Shown here piece by piece: positions 13,001 through 28,000 of a stretch of 64,000 bases of DNA. Origin of the DNA: Leucoraja ocellata (taxonomy: Eukaryota); assembly GCA_036785375.1 (NCBI GenBank), contig JAWMAR010000188.1, forward strand, positions 3,286,001 through 3,350,000. The letters are read 5' to 3'. The notes under the pieces were generated by a model. The model had not been told where the DNA came from and did no database searches. It was given only the letters and a program-made list of their open reading frames with translations. The number at the start of each line of letters is the position of its first letter. The first letter of the stretch is position 1. Made by a program: the position numbers and the translations under genes.

Positions 13001-16000
13001 TGACCTTCATCAGTCAGCATGTTGAGTATAGAAGTTAGGATGTTCTGTTACAGTGGAACAATACATTGGTGAGGCTACATTTGGAGTATTGTCTTCAGTT
13101 TTGGTCACCCTGCCAATGGAAGGAAGTCATTAAGCAGGAAAGATTTACGGAGTGTTCCAGGACGAGGGCCTAAGCAATGGCAAAGTTAGGGGCGACTATG
13201 ACTTTATTCATTGGAACGCAGGATTCTACTACAGTGATCTTATGGTGTTTACAATCATGAGGGGAATTGATAGGGTGAATCAAGTACCTTCGGATAGGGG
13301 TTTAAGGTGAGGGGAAACGATTTAATAGGAACCCAAGGGGCAAATTGTTCACTCTTAGGGTGATGGGTATATGGAATGAGTTGTCAGAGATAGTAGTTGA
13401 GGCAGGTACAAAAGCAGCATTTAAAAGACACTTGAACAGGTACATGGGTTGGGAAGTTTAGAATTACAGTGCCCTCCATAATATTTGGGACAAAGACCCA
13501 TCATATATTTATTTGCCTCTGTACTCCACAATTTGAGATTTGTAAATTAAAAAAAATCATATGTGGTTAAAGTGCACATTGTCAGATTTTAACAAAAGTT
13601 ATTTATATACATTTTGCTTTCACCATGTAGGCATTACAGCTGTGTTTATACATAGCCCCCCCCCATTTCAGGGCACCATAATGTTTGGGACGCATGGCTT
13701 CACAGGCGTATGTAATTGCTCAGGTGTTTTAAATGCCTCCTTAATGCAGGTATAAGAGAGCTCTCAGCTGGTCTTTCCTCCAGTCTTTCCATCACCTTTG
13801 GAAACTTTTACTGCTGTTTTTCAACACGAGGACCAAAGTTGTGCCAATGAAAGTCAAATAAGCCATTATGAGACTGGGAAACAAGAATAAAACTGTTAGA
13901 AATATCAGCCAAACCTTAGGCATACCGAAATCAACTGTTTTGAACATCATTAAGAAGAAAGAGAGCACTGGTGAGCTTAATAATCTCAAAGGGACTGGAA
14001 GGCCAAGAAATACCTCCACAGTACTTTGCCATGAAGTACTTAAAAGAGCACCCGCAGTTCTGGAAAAAGGTCTTGTAGACAGATGAGATGAAGATTAACA
14101 TATCAAAGTGATGGCAAGATCAAAGTATGAAGGAGAGAAGGAACTGCCCAAGATCCAAAGCATACCACCTCATCTGTGAAACATGGTGGTGGGAGTGTTA
14201 TGGCCTGGGCATGTATGGCTGCTGAAGGTACTGGTTCACTTATCTTCATTGATGATACAACTGCTGTTGGTAGTAGCATAATGAATTCTGAAGTGTATAG
14301 ACACATCCTATCTGCTCAAGTTCAAACAAATGCCTCAAAACTCATTGGCTGTCTGTTCATTCTACAGCAAGACAATGATCCGAAACATACTGCTAAAGTA
14401 ACTAAGGAGTTTTTCAAATCGAAAAAATGGGAAGTTCTTGAGTGGCCAAGTCAATCACCCGAATTGAACCCAATTGAGCTTGCCTTTTATATGCTGAAGA
14501 GAAAACTGGATTAGCCCCCAAAACAAGCATAAGCTAAAGATGGCTGCAATATAAGGCCTGGCAGAGCACAACCAGAGAAGACGCCCAACAACTGGTGATG
14601 TCCATGAATCGCAGACTTCAAGCAGTCATTACATGCAAAGGATATGCAACAAAATACTAAACATGACTACTTTCATTTACATGACATTGCTGTGTCATAA
14701 ACATTATAGTGCCCTGAAATTGGGAGACTATGTATAAACACTGCTGTAATTTCTACATGGTGAAACCAAAAAGTACAGAGGCAAATAAATAACTGATGGG
14801 TCTTCGTCCCAAACATTATGGAGGGTACTGTATATGGACCAAATGCGGCAAATGGGACTAGTCCTCTCTTTTAAAACCATGTCATAACATCATAGCTCCA
14901 TGCACTGATGCAGGCCCTCAGTGATACTGCTTACATTGAAATAAACACATCAAAATTATGAGTCTCACCATGTTCATTCATCTGTCTCGCCTGTCCTTCC
15001 TTTCAGATTTGTTTATCAAAACCTCTACCTTCCTATCAGTCCCTCCAGCTGCTGACCTACTGTTCTGGTTCTCACAGCACTGTTACTAGTTTAAAACCTC
15101 ATGAGTAGCAAACTTCCTGGCATAGGATATTGGTTGCCCTCCAGTTCAGTTGCGTCCCAACTCTTGTAAGGCTCCCACCTGCCTTGGAAGAGAGCCCATT
15201 GATCCACATATCTGAACCCCTTCCTCCTGCACCAGCTTCTTAGCCACACATTTAGCTGGCTTCCCATCTCCCACCGGATCACCTACAAAATCCTGATCCT
15301 CACCTACAAAGCCCTCCACCATCTGGCCCCCCTATATCTCACTGACCTCCTCTCCCCCTACCAACCCTCACGGTCCCTCAGATCCACATCAGCTGGTCTC
15401 CTCTCCATCCACAAGTCCAACCTCCGCAGTTTTGGGGACAGAGCCTTCTCCAGGGCAGCTCCCAGGCTCTGGAACTCCCTCCCCCAACTGATCCGCAATT
15501 CCGTGTCCCTCACCATCTTCCAGTTCTGCCTCAAGACCCATCTCTTCACCTCTGCCTATCCTTAGCCCCACGTCCCCCTCCCTTTTCATCTGTGCATTAA
15601 TTGCCTCATATTGTGTTTTGAATTGTATTTTGTCTTTACTTTGTGTACTAGTCATGTCTCTACTATTTATTTCATTCCCCTTACATGTTTTTCCTCTACC
15701 TGCTAAATTTTTGTAAGGTGTCCTTGAGACTCTTGAAAGGCGCCCATAAATAAAATTTATTATTATTATATTATTATATTGAATTGCACTATCCTTGTAC
15801 TTCTTGCCTCACTAACTCGTGGCACAGGTCCTCATCCTGACATCATAACTGCAGAGGCCCTTTTTCAAAATAAATATTTTATCTAACACCTGCAATTGCC
15901 TTTGCAAATCCTCATCTCCCTTCCTACTTAATGCCAATGGTACCAACATGGACCATGACCTCTTGTTGCTGACCCTCCTCAGAATGTATTGTGGCCACCT

Positions 16001-19000
16001 AGAGATGTTCTTCATATCGGCACCAGGGTGGCAAAATACCATCCTGGATTTCGTGCTTGCGGCCACAGAAATGCCTGTATGTACCCTTAAATATTGTGTC
16101 TTCGTGCTCGCCTAAACTTAGCCCTACCCTGCTGTTCAAGTGTCGAACGTGATGCTGCAGTTCTGGCTACTGCTGCTCTAGGTCCCTGAGAGACCATTCC
16201 CCCAGCAGTATCCAAAATGGTATACTTGTTTGAGAGAGAAGCATAGCCACAAGAGGTTCAGGCAGTATCTGCCTACCTCTCCTGGTGATGACGTTTGCCT
16301 ACGTATCTGGCTGAACCTTGGGTGGGGTACTTCCCTAAAACTGCTATTTGTAACCTCTCTGTCTCCTATATGCCCCTCGGTATGTAGGACTGCTCCAACT
16401 GGGACATACGTCCTGTAGACAATTGTTAGGGACACATGAATGCTCACAGATTTCCCAAATCTGAGAGAGGTATGCAGCGCTACTAACTGCTATAACTGCC
16501 CCCTTAATACATGCTGAAAAATAATCCAATAGACTTAAGGGGAAATAAATCTTAGACACGTTGTCCGTACCTTGATTCTGTGTGCCCTCCTTACTATTGT
16601 GGTTTCTCTTCATTGCCTGTGTAGCATTCTGCTTTTATCTGTTTCGTATAGATGTCAGTTTCTGTCATTGCTCTTCTCTACTCCTGATTGGTCATGGACT
16701 GCAGAATATGCTTGGCTGTGTAGTTGCAGCTCACAGCACCCCATTGACCATGACCGATTTTTGAGCTACTTTATCCTTTTGAGATCCATCCCATATCAAT
16801 GATTTGTGTTACTACACAATGTTATACTGCATGATTTCAATTGGAAGACATGATCTTGCATCTGGAAGGAATGTGGTGTCACCAGTTCTAGCAATGTTGC
16901 CATGAACCAATGAAGTAAATATGTCCATAGATTGTATCGCACTTATCTCTCACCACACAAATCGAGCTGGCAGGCAGACAGGTTTGCCACTCCTACGGGT
17001 GGTTTTAAACTGAATAAGGCGGGTGGGGTGTCAAATGGGATAGTCAAGGACGGAGTTAAAGGGAAAGAGAGTAAAGGGATAGTTAATGACCCCAGAATTA
17101 ACGGGAAAGAAAGCTCACCAAGGGATAGGAGAGTATGTCAAAGTGTAATAGGGATTGATGTGAATGGTGAGATGCGTAAGGAATTAAAAGTATTGTATAT
17201 GAATGCGCAAAGTATAAAGTAAAGTAGATGAGCTTGAGGCTCAGTTAGAGGTTGGTAGACGTGACATTGTGGGGATTACTGAGACGTGGCTGCAGGAGGA
17301 TCGGACCTGGGAACTTAATATTCAGGGTTATGCATCCTATAGAAAGGACAGGCAGGTGGGCAGAGGAGAGGGGTAGCTCTGCTGGCGAGGGATGGAATTC
17401 AGTCCCTTGCGAGGGAAGACATAGGGGCTAATGGAATGTTGGCCTTCATAACAAGAGGATTTCTGTATAGGAGTACAGAGGTTCTTCTGCACTTGTATCG
17501 AGCTCTGGTGAGACCACATCTGGAGTATTGTGTACAGTTTTGGTCTCCTAATTTGAGGAAAGACATCCTTGTGATTGAGGCAGTGCAGCATAGGTTCACG
17601 AGATTGATCCCTGGGATTGCGGGACTGTCATGAGGAAAGATTGAAAAGACTAGGCTTATATTCACTGGAGTTTAGAAGAATGAGGGGGGTCTTATCGAAA
17701 CAAATCTATCTATATTACTAAAAGTCTGATCTTGACCACTTCCTGCTGTTCTGTATACGCTGCCACTTACGTCTGTGATTTTTGGCCATCTTACTCGGAG
17801 TCCCCGCCGCTGCGCAGGACAAGAGGATTTTTCCCATCAATTAAAAATAAAACAGTTATTAGTGTTTTAAAAAATGTTGAGATTCTCTCTCCTGAAGGCC
17901 ACGCCCCTTGCGGTGGGACTATAAAACCCGGAAGCGTTGAATGCCTCAGTCAGTCTCTGCAAGAAGGGGGACCGAGAGGGTCATGTTTCTCAGACTGAGC
18001 TGTGAATAGCACTGAACAGATGTCTACTAAACTGTGAGTGTGGTTTTACTGACATTGAGTGCCCTTAATGTGGTTTGAAAATGAAAATGTGGTTGGTTTG
18101 AAATAAAGCACAGCAAATGGTTGTTGGTGGTGGTGGTCGGTTTGAAATAAAGCACAACAAATGGTTGTTGGTGGTGGTGGTCGGTTTGAAATAAAGCACA
18201 GCAAATGGTTGTTGGTGGTGGTGGTCGGTTTGAAATAAGCAATGATTATGAGTCTAAACTTGACAACTTCCTGTTTGCACTTTATATTGATTTTAGATAA
18301 AACGTTACCACTTATGGCTGTGAATTTTGGCCATCTTACTCAGTCCCCTCTCTGCTAATCGGGTGCAGAGGATTCTTCCCATCAATGAAAAATAAAAGTG
18401 CTATTAGTGTTTAAAAAATGTTGAGAATCTCTCTCCTGTCTAAAAAGTATTCACCATGGACATGATTTGTCAGTTGAGGGAAAATGACAAACAGTTATAG
18501 ATTTCTGTGCCTTTGTTTGTTTTTGTGGAATTGAACTTCAAGGGGTTCAGAATGCAGGATGTGACTTTCCCCCCAATTGTTTGGCCTCTAAGATTGAACT
18601 TGTGATTGATAACAAGACTAAGAATGACGATCTTTAACTATAGCCTTATTGACATTTTGTTATACCGTTTACAAATTCTAATACATCACGTGAGTTATAC
18701 TCAACTCACAGGCTCCCAACTCAGTTTGGGTATCCTTGCTTCTTGGATACGTGAACCGACTAAATTGATAACCCCACTAACTGCAGTTTTAAATACAGAT
18801 CCTTCTCAGTTTTTATCATCTTTCCACTGTTACAGATAAATCATCAGCTAGCTGAGTGGTCATTGAAGCAGTGCAGTCTTGATTGAATTGCAAGATGTAC
18901 TTTCTGTACCAAGTGCTTTTGCTATTACTTCCTCGTGTAGGCTTAGGATGTTGGCTATTGTACAGTTTTTTTTCTTGGTTTAAATGGAAATGTAAAATTC

Positions 19001-22000
19001 TGGAAGGAAATATGTACCAAAGTACACTTAAAAAACAGAACAAGCAAGAACCTTGAATTCTGAATCTGTTACAGCAAGAAGTCGTGCCCAACTTGTGAAG
19101 ACAGTATAAGCCGGGGTCTCGTGGATTTCTATACTAATATCCAAAAGATAATTCGCTGGGGTCATTGTTAAATACCAGCACCATTCCTTTTTGAACCAAG
19201 CTTCTGTTATTACCACCGCATTATATTCCCACGCAGTTATCTGTGCCTGAAGTTGACCAAGTTTACCACACATTCACTTACATTCACTTGTGCATTCACT
19301 TACAAGCATAACAAATCAAATTTACTTGTTACTTCATTTCCATTGACCCCCGGTAATGTCCATGAACTGACTATATCCATTGTGAATTCTTCCACATTTC
19401 CTATTTCTTTTAAACCTTTAGTAAGTTTTATCTTATTTTTGTTATACTGCATGATTTCAATTGGAAGACATGATCTTGCATCTGGAAAGAATGTGGTGTC
19501 ACCAGTTCTAGCAATGTTGCCATGAACCGATGAAGTAAATATGTCCATAGATTTGTATCGCACTTATCTCTCACCACACAAATCGAGCTGGCAGGCAGAC
19601 AGGTTTGCCACTCCTACGGGTGGTTTTAAACTGAATAAGGCGGGTGGGGTGTCAAATGGGATAGTCAAGGACGGAGTTAAAGGGAAAGAGAGTAAAGAGA
19701 TAGTTAATGACCCCAGAATTAACAGGAAAAAAAGCTCACCAAGGGATAGGAGAGTAACTCGAAGTGTAATAGGGATTAATGTGAAAGGTGAGATGCGTAA
19801 GGAATTAAAAGTATTGTATATGAATGCGTGAAGTATAAAGTAAAGTAGATGAGCTTGAGGCTCAGTTAGAGGTTGGTAGATGTGACATTGTGGGGATTAC
19901 TGCGACGTGGCTGCAGGAGGATCGGGCCTGGGAACTTAATATTCAGGGTTATGCATCCTATAGAAAGGACAGGCAGGTGGGCAGAGGAGAGGGGTAGCTC
20001 TGCTGGCGAGGGATGGAATTCAGTCCCTTGCGAGGGAAGACATAGGGGCTGATGAGATAGTCATGAGAAGATACTAATTGGTGTTATCGACAGACCCCCA
20101 AATAGTAGCCCAGATGTAGGGTGTAAATTGCAGCAGAGGTTAAAACTGGCATGTAACAAAGGTAATGCCACTGTGGTGAAGGGGAATTTCAGTATGCAGA
20201 TGAGTACGAGGGGAAGCTGGCCAGGAATATAACGAAGGACAGTAAAAGCTCCTTTAGATCTGTTAAGGGAAAAAGTGTAGCAAAGTCAAATGTGGGTCCC
20301 TTGAAGGCAGACACAGGTGAAATCATTATGGGGTACAAGGAAATGGCAGAAGAGTTGAACAGGTACTTCGGATCTGTCTTTACTAAGGAAGACACAAACA
20401 ATCTCCAGGACGTACCATTCCTTTTTGAACCAAGCTTCTATTATTGCCACCGCATTATATTCCCACGCAGTTATCTGTGCCTGAAGTTGACCAAGTTTAC
20501 CACACATTCACTTACACTCACTTGTGCATTCACTTACAAGCATAACAAATCAAATTTACTTTATTTCCATTGACCCCCGGTAATGTCCATAAACTGACTA
20601 TATCCATTGTGAATTCTTCCACATTTCCTATTTCTTTTAAACCTTTAGTAAGTTTTATCTTATTTTTCATTATTCTGATTCTGTTTACACATGCACTCTT
20701 GTGCTAGTACACTGCTCATCTCCCACGCATTGTGGTTATCAGTACCGTTATAGCTCCATTTAAAATTAAAAAAATTACTGGAGGAACTTAGTGGATTGGG
20801 CAGCATCTGTGGTGGAAAAGTTTACAGACAATGTTTCAGGTCATCCGACAGTTTATTTTTTGCTCCGGTTTCCAGCATCTGCAGTCTCTTGTGTCTCCAT
20901 TACTCTGTATAATTACCTTTGATTTTTTGCTGTTTTTAATATCCCCTTATCTGAGCTTCCAGCTTGGCTTTTCGCCCTTCTGTTTAGGACCCTAGGTTCC
21001 CAGCAACACTAGTTGATCCTCCCATGGGAATATTGGTTTAATTCCTCCTGAAGTACAAGCCATAAACTTGCAGCAGCTCAAATTGTCTCCAAAAATGTCT
21101 TAATTCCTCAGGATTCTGAAGCCATTCCTTCTACACCATATCTCCAACTGTTCATTTATCTGCTCTGCGCTCAATAATATGTGGTATTGATATTGAAGCA
21201 GAGATTTCTATCTTTTAAGGTACTGATTTGTGGTCCTTTACCTATTTCCTATAGTCTGTCTGTAGGGCCTTATTTGCCTGTGCCATTGACAACAATACTG
21301 ACTTCAACTTCTTGCTGTTTACTTTTCCTTCTCTTCCTTGATACTCTCATAAAGTTAAGAACTTTTATTTTTGCCAATATTTATTGAAATATTTCAAGAT
21401 AGTGATTATTGATTAGATCTGGCTTTTTCTAGATTTACAATAAGAGAGCTATAACCTAATTATAACTGGATACTATATTTCTTACAAAAGAATGTGTCAA
21501 TAAAATTGGAAGTGAGAAACCATTTTCATTTGGGTCAAGATTCTTGAGAGCGTGGAGGACCCCCATGAGGTAGGGGGACGAACAATGTAAGACTAGGCGT
21601 GGGGGGACCGCTGAGAGGGGGGGAGGGGAAGAACAATGGAGGACCCGGCGTGGAGAAGATGGGGAGAGACAACGGGGGAGGGAGGGAGAACAAAAGACAA
21701 TGGAGACCTGATCACGGTGGGGGAACCGCTGTTGGGGGAGGGAGGGGGGAGAGAACAAAAGGAGGAGCCGGCGTGCTTTGTAACTTTGTCAACGCTGTAG
21801 GTGGCCGCTATTTGTATACATTGGGTATGCAAGCAAAGAATTTCACTGTGCCTAGTCACATGTGATAATAAAGTATTCCATTCCATTCCATGCAGATAGA
21901 CACTGATAGACAATAAACATCCCATATCTTTCCCTCACAGTCTCATAGAACTTCCACTTGTTGACAAGTATGCTTCATAGGTAAAAACATTTCAAGATTT

Positions 22001-25000
22001 GCTTATTTTAAGAGACTGCAGCCTCAATTCAAGTTACGTGGTCACTAGACATAGAAAAGGAAGATAGCAATACATAATAGCAATACATACATTAACTGTA
22101 ATGCTATTTTTACAATGAATTTTAGAAATGGAAAATAGGCAAAATGCTGGAGTACTCAGCAGGACAGGCAGTAATTCTGGATGGAATGAATGGGTGAGGT
22201 TTTGGGTCGAGACCCTTCTTCAGGCTGAGTCAGGGGAGACACAGATATGGAAGGGTAGGGTGTGAAAATAAGACCAAAGGGGACGAAGTTCAAAGAAAAT
22301 GTAGGATAGATTATTGTTAGCTAGTGGAAGGTGACGAACATATATGTTGGAAATGGAAATGCCGGCCGCATGGCTGAATGGCGATGCTTAGAATGCTTAA
22401 TTTGCTCTTTGAGCTGAATGGTTCATATAAATTTACAATTTAAATGTATTGTTTGAAATAATTCATGTGTTCATAGAACTTTACAGAACATAATCATTCA
22501 CTCAAATAGCTAACTCAAATAATTGTGCTAACGTAGTCCGCTGTGGCGTACCATAAGATACAATGGCATGTGTCGAATGACAGGAAACAGGCATAGGTAC
22601 CCATAGTTTCCAAAGGTGATGTATCATGGATATCTGTGGTTGAATCCTCGGTGACTGCCAATCACCCCCCCCCCCCCCCCCCCGGACACTTATTATTTAT
22701 TTTTTTTATTCAAAATCGTTTGCTATGTCGCTCTTCAAAGGAGATGCTAAATGCATTTTGTTGTCTCTGTACTGTACACTGACAATTAAAATTGAATCTG
22801 AATCTGAATCATCCTTATGCTCTGTCCATGATTCTTTTAAGACTACTTTTTAGAATGATCTAAAAGCTTGGGAGCAGGCCTCATACAGAATGTTCACCAT
22901 GCAGAAAGTAATCACCTATGCTCTGTGAAGTCAGAAAGAGTTTCAGTTGTCTACTGCCTGAATTTATAAAATATAATTTCATGCACATATTTGACAAATC
23001 TTTTGACAGTGGTTCCTTTTCCCTTTCAGTCCCTATGCAGGACCCCCGAGGCAACATGCAACGGGGTCCCCCTGTAGGTGTGCCTCCAGCTCCAAGAGGG
23101 TTGCTTGGAGATGCACCAAATGACCCGCGTGGAGGGACTTTGCTTTCTGTCACTGGGGAGGTGGAACCAAGGTAAGTGACAAACTATAAAGTATTTGGTT
23201 GTCTCCTGTCAAGTATTTCCTTATATAATTCTGAGTTGATCCCAGACTTTAATCCAAGATATTTTTACAATCAATTATTTCTCAAGTGTGGCTATGCTGG
23301 TGTTAATACCATAGTCAGAGGGTGGTGAACCTGTGGAATTCTTTGCCACAGAAGGCTGTGGAAGCCGTCAGTGGATATTTTTTAAGGCAAAGATAGATAG
23401 ATTCTTGATTAATACAGGTGTGAGAGGTTATGGAGAGAAGGCAGGAGCATGGGGTTAGGAGAGAAATGTCAGCCATGATTGAATGGCGGAGTAGACTTGA
23501 TGGGTCAAATGGCCTAATTCTACTCCTATTCCTTATGACCATATGACCTAATTTTTGTAGATGCTATTTTATCGTTCAGATGTAATGTATTGCTCTGCCT
23601 GGATGACCATATTTTAAGCAACAAGCACTGGAAAAGAAAACGTTGTTCATGCACTAATTTGTTGCATGGATTATAATGGGGTGGGGAAGGGATACTGTAT
23701 CGTTCTTTATAATACTTTATAATCCATAATATTTATGAGAGGCTATGACACAACCGAGCAATTACTCAGCTAGATAAATTTACTATTTTTAATTAAAGGC
23801 GCTATATGATATTATAATAGGAGACAATTAGTGGTTTCCATGAAGTGACAGATTATTTCCAGCCTGCCTTTTAAGAAAGGCTTCCCATATGTAGCAACAA
23901 CTGCAGATGCTGGTTTACATAAGAGACACAAAGTGCAACAATAACTCGGGGAACATCCCCAGCAAACGTGGATGGATCATATTCTCATATTATCAGTCTA
24001 ATCTGCACAAATTGACAGTGGAGATCTCAGTAATAACATTTTCAGCCATGATAAACTGATTTAAACTTGTGAACTGGTCACATCAATTCTTGAGTTTTTT
24101 CAAGAAGTATTGCTAATAATCACAGTTGATTCCATGTTCATTGACTTGATTTACTTTTTATAATGCGGTGCTGGCTTAAAGGGCCGTATGGCCTACTCCT
24201 ATTGTCTAAAGCCGCGAATTAGTAACCCAAGCTACAAAAGGTAGCGGATACCCGGAAACCCAGGCTCCAAAAGGCAGCAAGCTCCCCTGCCTCTATGTCC
24301 CTCTCTGTGTCCCTGTCTATGCCTCTGTGTCCCTCTCTGTGCCTATGTCCCTCTCTGTGTCCCTCTCTGTGCCTCTGTGTCTCTGTGCCTCTGTATAATA
24401 TCATTGGGGTGGTTAGTGTGTGTGTGTGTGTGGTGGTTAGTGTGTGTGACGCCGCAGGCCGCCCCCTCCCCTCGCAACCGCGTGTTGAGGTGACGGGACC
24501 CAATTGGTCCCACTTGGTCTAGTTACTTATATATTTGTGTAATTTTGTCTTCTGTGTTTCAGGGGGTATATTGGGCAACCACATCAGGGACCACCCATAC
24601 ACCATGTTCCTGGCCATGATGGTAGAGGACCTCCAGAACTTAGAAATGCCCATGAACCACGGGGCATGCAACATGACATGAGACCAGGGCCAATGGGAGA
24701 ACAGAGGGGACCCATTGGTGAACCAAGGGGCCCCATGGGTGAACCACGTGGGCCACTTGTTGAACCAAGGGGGCCAATGGGTGATCCAAGAGGGATGATG
24801 GGAGATCCAAGGGGCCCAATGATGGATCAGCGTGGACCTCCTCATGAATCTAGAGGCAAGTTAGTGCAAAGCAGAGGAAAATTAAGATAATTTGGAAAAT
24901 GACAGAGATAACTAAATGTGATTAACCGATTAACTTTTGTGCTATTACCAGTATTTTATATTTGACTTTTCAGTGTACATATAATTGACAATCTTTGCTG

Positions 25001-28000
25001 GAGAGCAGAAACATTTTTCAGTAAATATAAAATATTTACTTAATTCAGTGGGCACATTTCAATTAGTCTCTATATCGAGAATAATTGCCACTGCTTTTAA
25101 ACAGGCATTATCAAATACTGTTGGTTTTGAACCTTTAAATAATCAGTTTTGAAATGAAATGTATCTTTCTCCATAGCATTCAGTTCTAAGAACAGTACAA
25201 AACAACCATTATTTTATATCAGGATTGTCTGTGGGCTTCATTGTTCTCGCATAAGTGAAATACTTTACAGGATAGTTGATGGGGAGAATGAAAAAAAATC
25301 CACTGATGTTGGCTCAAAGTAGATCTTCAGCCTGGTAAATCACGAAAGTGTTTATCAGGACACCTATTAGGCAGTTAAACCTATTGAGGAAAATTGCTGT
25401 AAAATAGTAAGAATCCTCAAGTTGGGTGGTTTGGGGAAAAAATATATAGGTGTAAAAGAACATACAAAATAATTCCTCTGTGAAAGGGAACAGATTGCTG
25501 TATTTTATTGGATGTATCTTGGATGTATCCGGAGAAGTTGGTCAGTGAACAAGTGTTTCTCGTGTTCTCGACCTAAAACTTCTTATTCATACTTCAGTCT
25601 TCCTTGGGCTTTCATCCATCCAAACGGGACATGCGACTGAAGGATGATAAACAATGACTCTTCAAAGGAGGTTATTCCCTCCAAAACCAAACCTTCATGA
25701 AAGCTATGCCTACTATCAACACTGATAGTCACACTTGTGTTCAATAGGACAAATAGATGAGTTTTCACATGGTGTTCCACAGGCCAGAGATATGTGCTTG
25801 GTATGGAGACTGGAATAATAGTGGTAAGTCTGCATCGTGAGGCACGGAATCCTGCAGACTCTTAGCTGGTTATAGGTGCTTCACTGCAGTCTAGGTCATT
25901 CAGGAACCAAGTTCTTCTTAAGCAGCAGCAGCAACAGAGGATATTTTAATGTTTCCCAGTGCAATTATATGTGCTCTTACAGGGAGTGGCCAAGCCCATA
26001 GAAGGCCAAGCACAACAATCCAATGATATACTCAAAGGGCATTTACGGTATGATTGCCAACGTTAATAGGATAATTAATGATGTTGCCTTGGGTTTGTGC
26101 TTTTTTTGAAGTGCTCTTAACTTTTTGCTGGCAGTACCATGCAAAAGAATAACAAGAGTGATAATGATGAGGCGCACATTAGAAGTGAGAGTTCTGATAG
26201 GAGAGGGAGGGTGGGAGGGAAAGAGGGTGGGTGAATGAGAGAGGGTGGGGGAGGGAGAGAGGGTGGGTGAGGGAGAGAGGGAGGGAGGGAGAGGGAGGGA
26301 AAGAGAGGAAGGAGGGAGAGAGAGGGAGGCTTCCAAATTGGCTTCCACAACATCAACTGGTGCTGAAAGCCAGAAGCAGCTGTTCAAACAGCAGTATCCA
26401 AAGAGATGACAATGAATGCACTGTCAAGTAAGGTGCATAGAAGACATGTCAATTGGTAGCAAAATTATGCATTCTTACACTCTTACATGTGTATGACCGC
26501 ACATAAAAATGGCACATTGTAAAAATACTGATTTCCTCCGCAAAATACTGATTTTCAGGTATTAGAATACTGAAATGCTCTGACAAAACTTGGCATCTCT
26601 GATATCTGCACAGACCCATAAAGCCCAGTATATCAGGGAGCAAACTCCTACAATGTTGCTCTGTATATAGCATGTATTTTAGATCAGAAATAAGTATTTT
26701 AATCTGTGAGAATTGGAAATTCATGGTCTTGTCAAAACTAAAGAATACATGTACATGGGTGACTTATTTGTGTTGGCGCTAGGTGGGAAGGAACTAAGAA
26801 TTGCATAGAGGTTCAAATGGAGGTTTTGTTGTAATCTAACTGAATCTTGCAGCTATAAATGCATCCCATGTAACATTGTATTCTATTACTCCAGCACTTA
26901 TTCAGCATTTATTCAGAAACAGGAGGAAGTGTGTTTCATGGCATGTGTCATATTTGTAGTTGGAACAAAAAGACCACCATAATTCTTTACTGCCTGGCAC
27001 GTTGTAGAGCTTCTCATAGTTCACAGATTTTCTAACATTCTTATGGCTTGTCCATTCACATTTCTGGGTGATAGTTAAACAGATTGGTTTGCTCATGAAA
27101 CACCTGTTTTTTAGGTTCATCACTTGAGACATGGGGCATCTTGTGAAATCTTAATTTGTTCCCAATCCATGATTTCTCTAAATATGAATTCCCCATTGAG
27201 ATTGAATCATGGCAGTTGCCTGGATATCTATCCCATGGCAGAAGATGGATTATCCTGTGGTTGCAGAACAATGAATGATTAATGAAAATAATTCCTTTAT
27301 GACTGATAAAGAGTCCACAAGAAGGTAGTTATTGACCTCCATTCACAAAGCTGATGTACATGCCAGCCTTTGCAAGCTATCATCATCTTGATATACTTAT
27401 GGATATATTATGGATTGCAGTGTCCAACAATACTTAAATATATCTCCTTCAAAGCCTCGGAAGGATCCAAAATTTGGAAGTTGAAGCAATCGGTCAATTC
27501 ACCACTAAGAAAATGTTAGCAGGTATTTTCCGAAGGGCTGCAAAGATCTGACACCATGTGTCATGTGTGTACACACCATATGTGCATCTCCTGAGATACT
27601 GATGTTCACAAATTTGATGGAAGTTGTACCCGCCTACATATATTTGTGTGTTTGTAATTTCTCCATAGTACATGGCTACAGGTGGGTCAATAAAACCTGT
27701 TGTTGATATCGAGACTGAACTTGAAGGAGAATGTTATCCTCTCTAATCTAACAGCCGTATTTCAGTGAAACCACTCAGTTGTAGCTGTGAGTTCATTTAT
27801 CACTCCAGAGGATATAGACTCTGGGTAGTATATAAGCACTGAGGCAATGCTACCAGTTGGTGATACAGTTTATTGGGTGAAATGGTGAGGTCATATCTTC
27901 CCTCTGACGTGGTTGTAAAAGATCACATGCAAATTGCCCAGCAGATTTCTGAAACTGCACCAATCTTTATTCTTTAAAGTACTTTATTATTTGTTAAATG

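Noticed and set aside
18095-18238. CRISPR-like regular repeats
   Set aside because: Head-to-tail 44-bp tandem units without unique spacers, in a eukaryotic locus.
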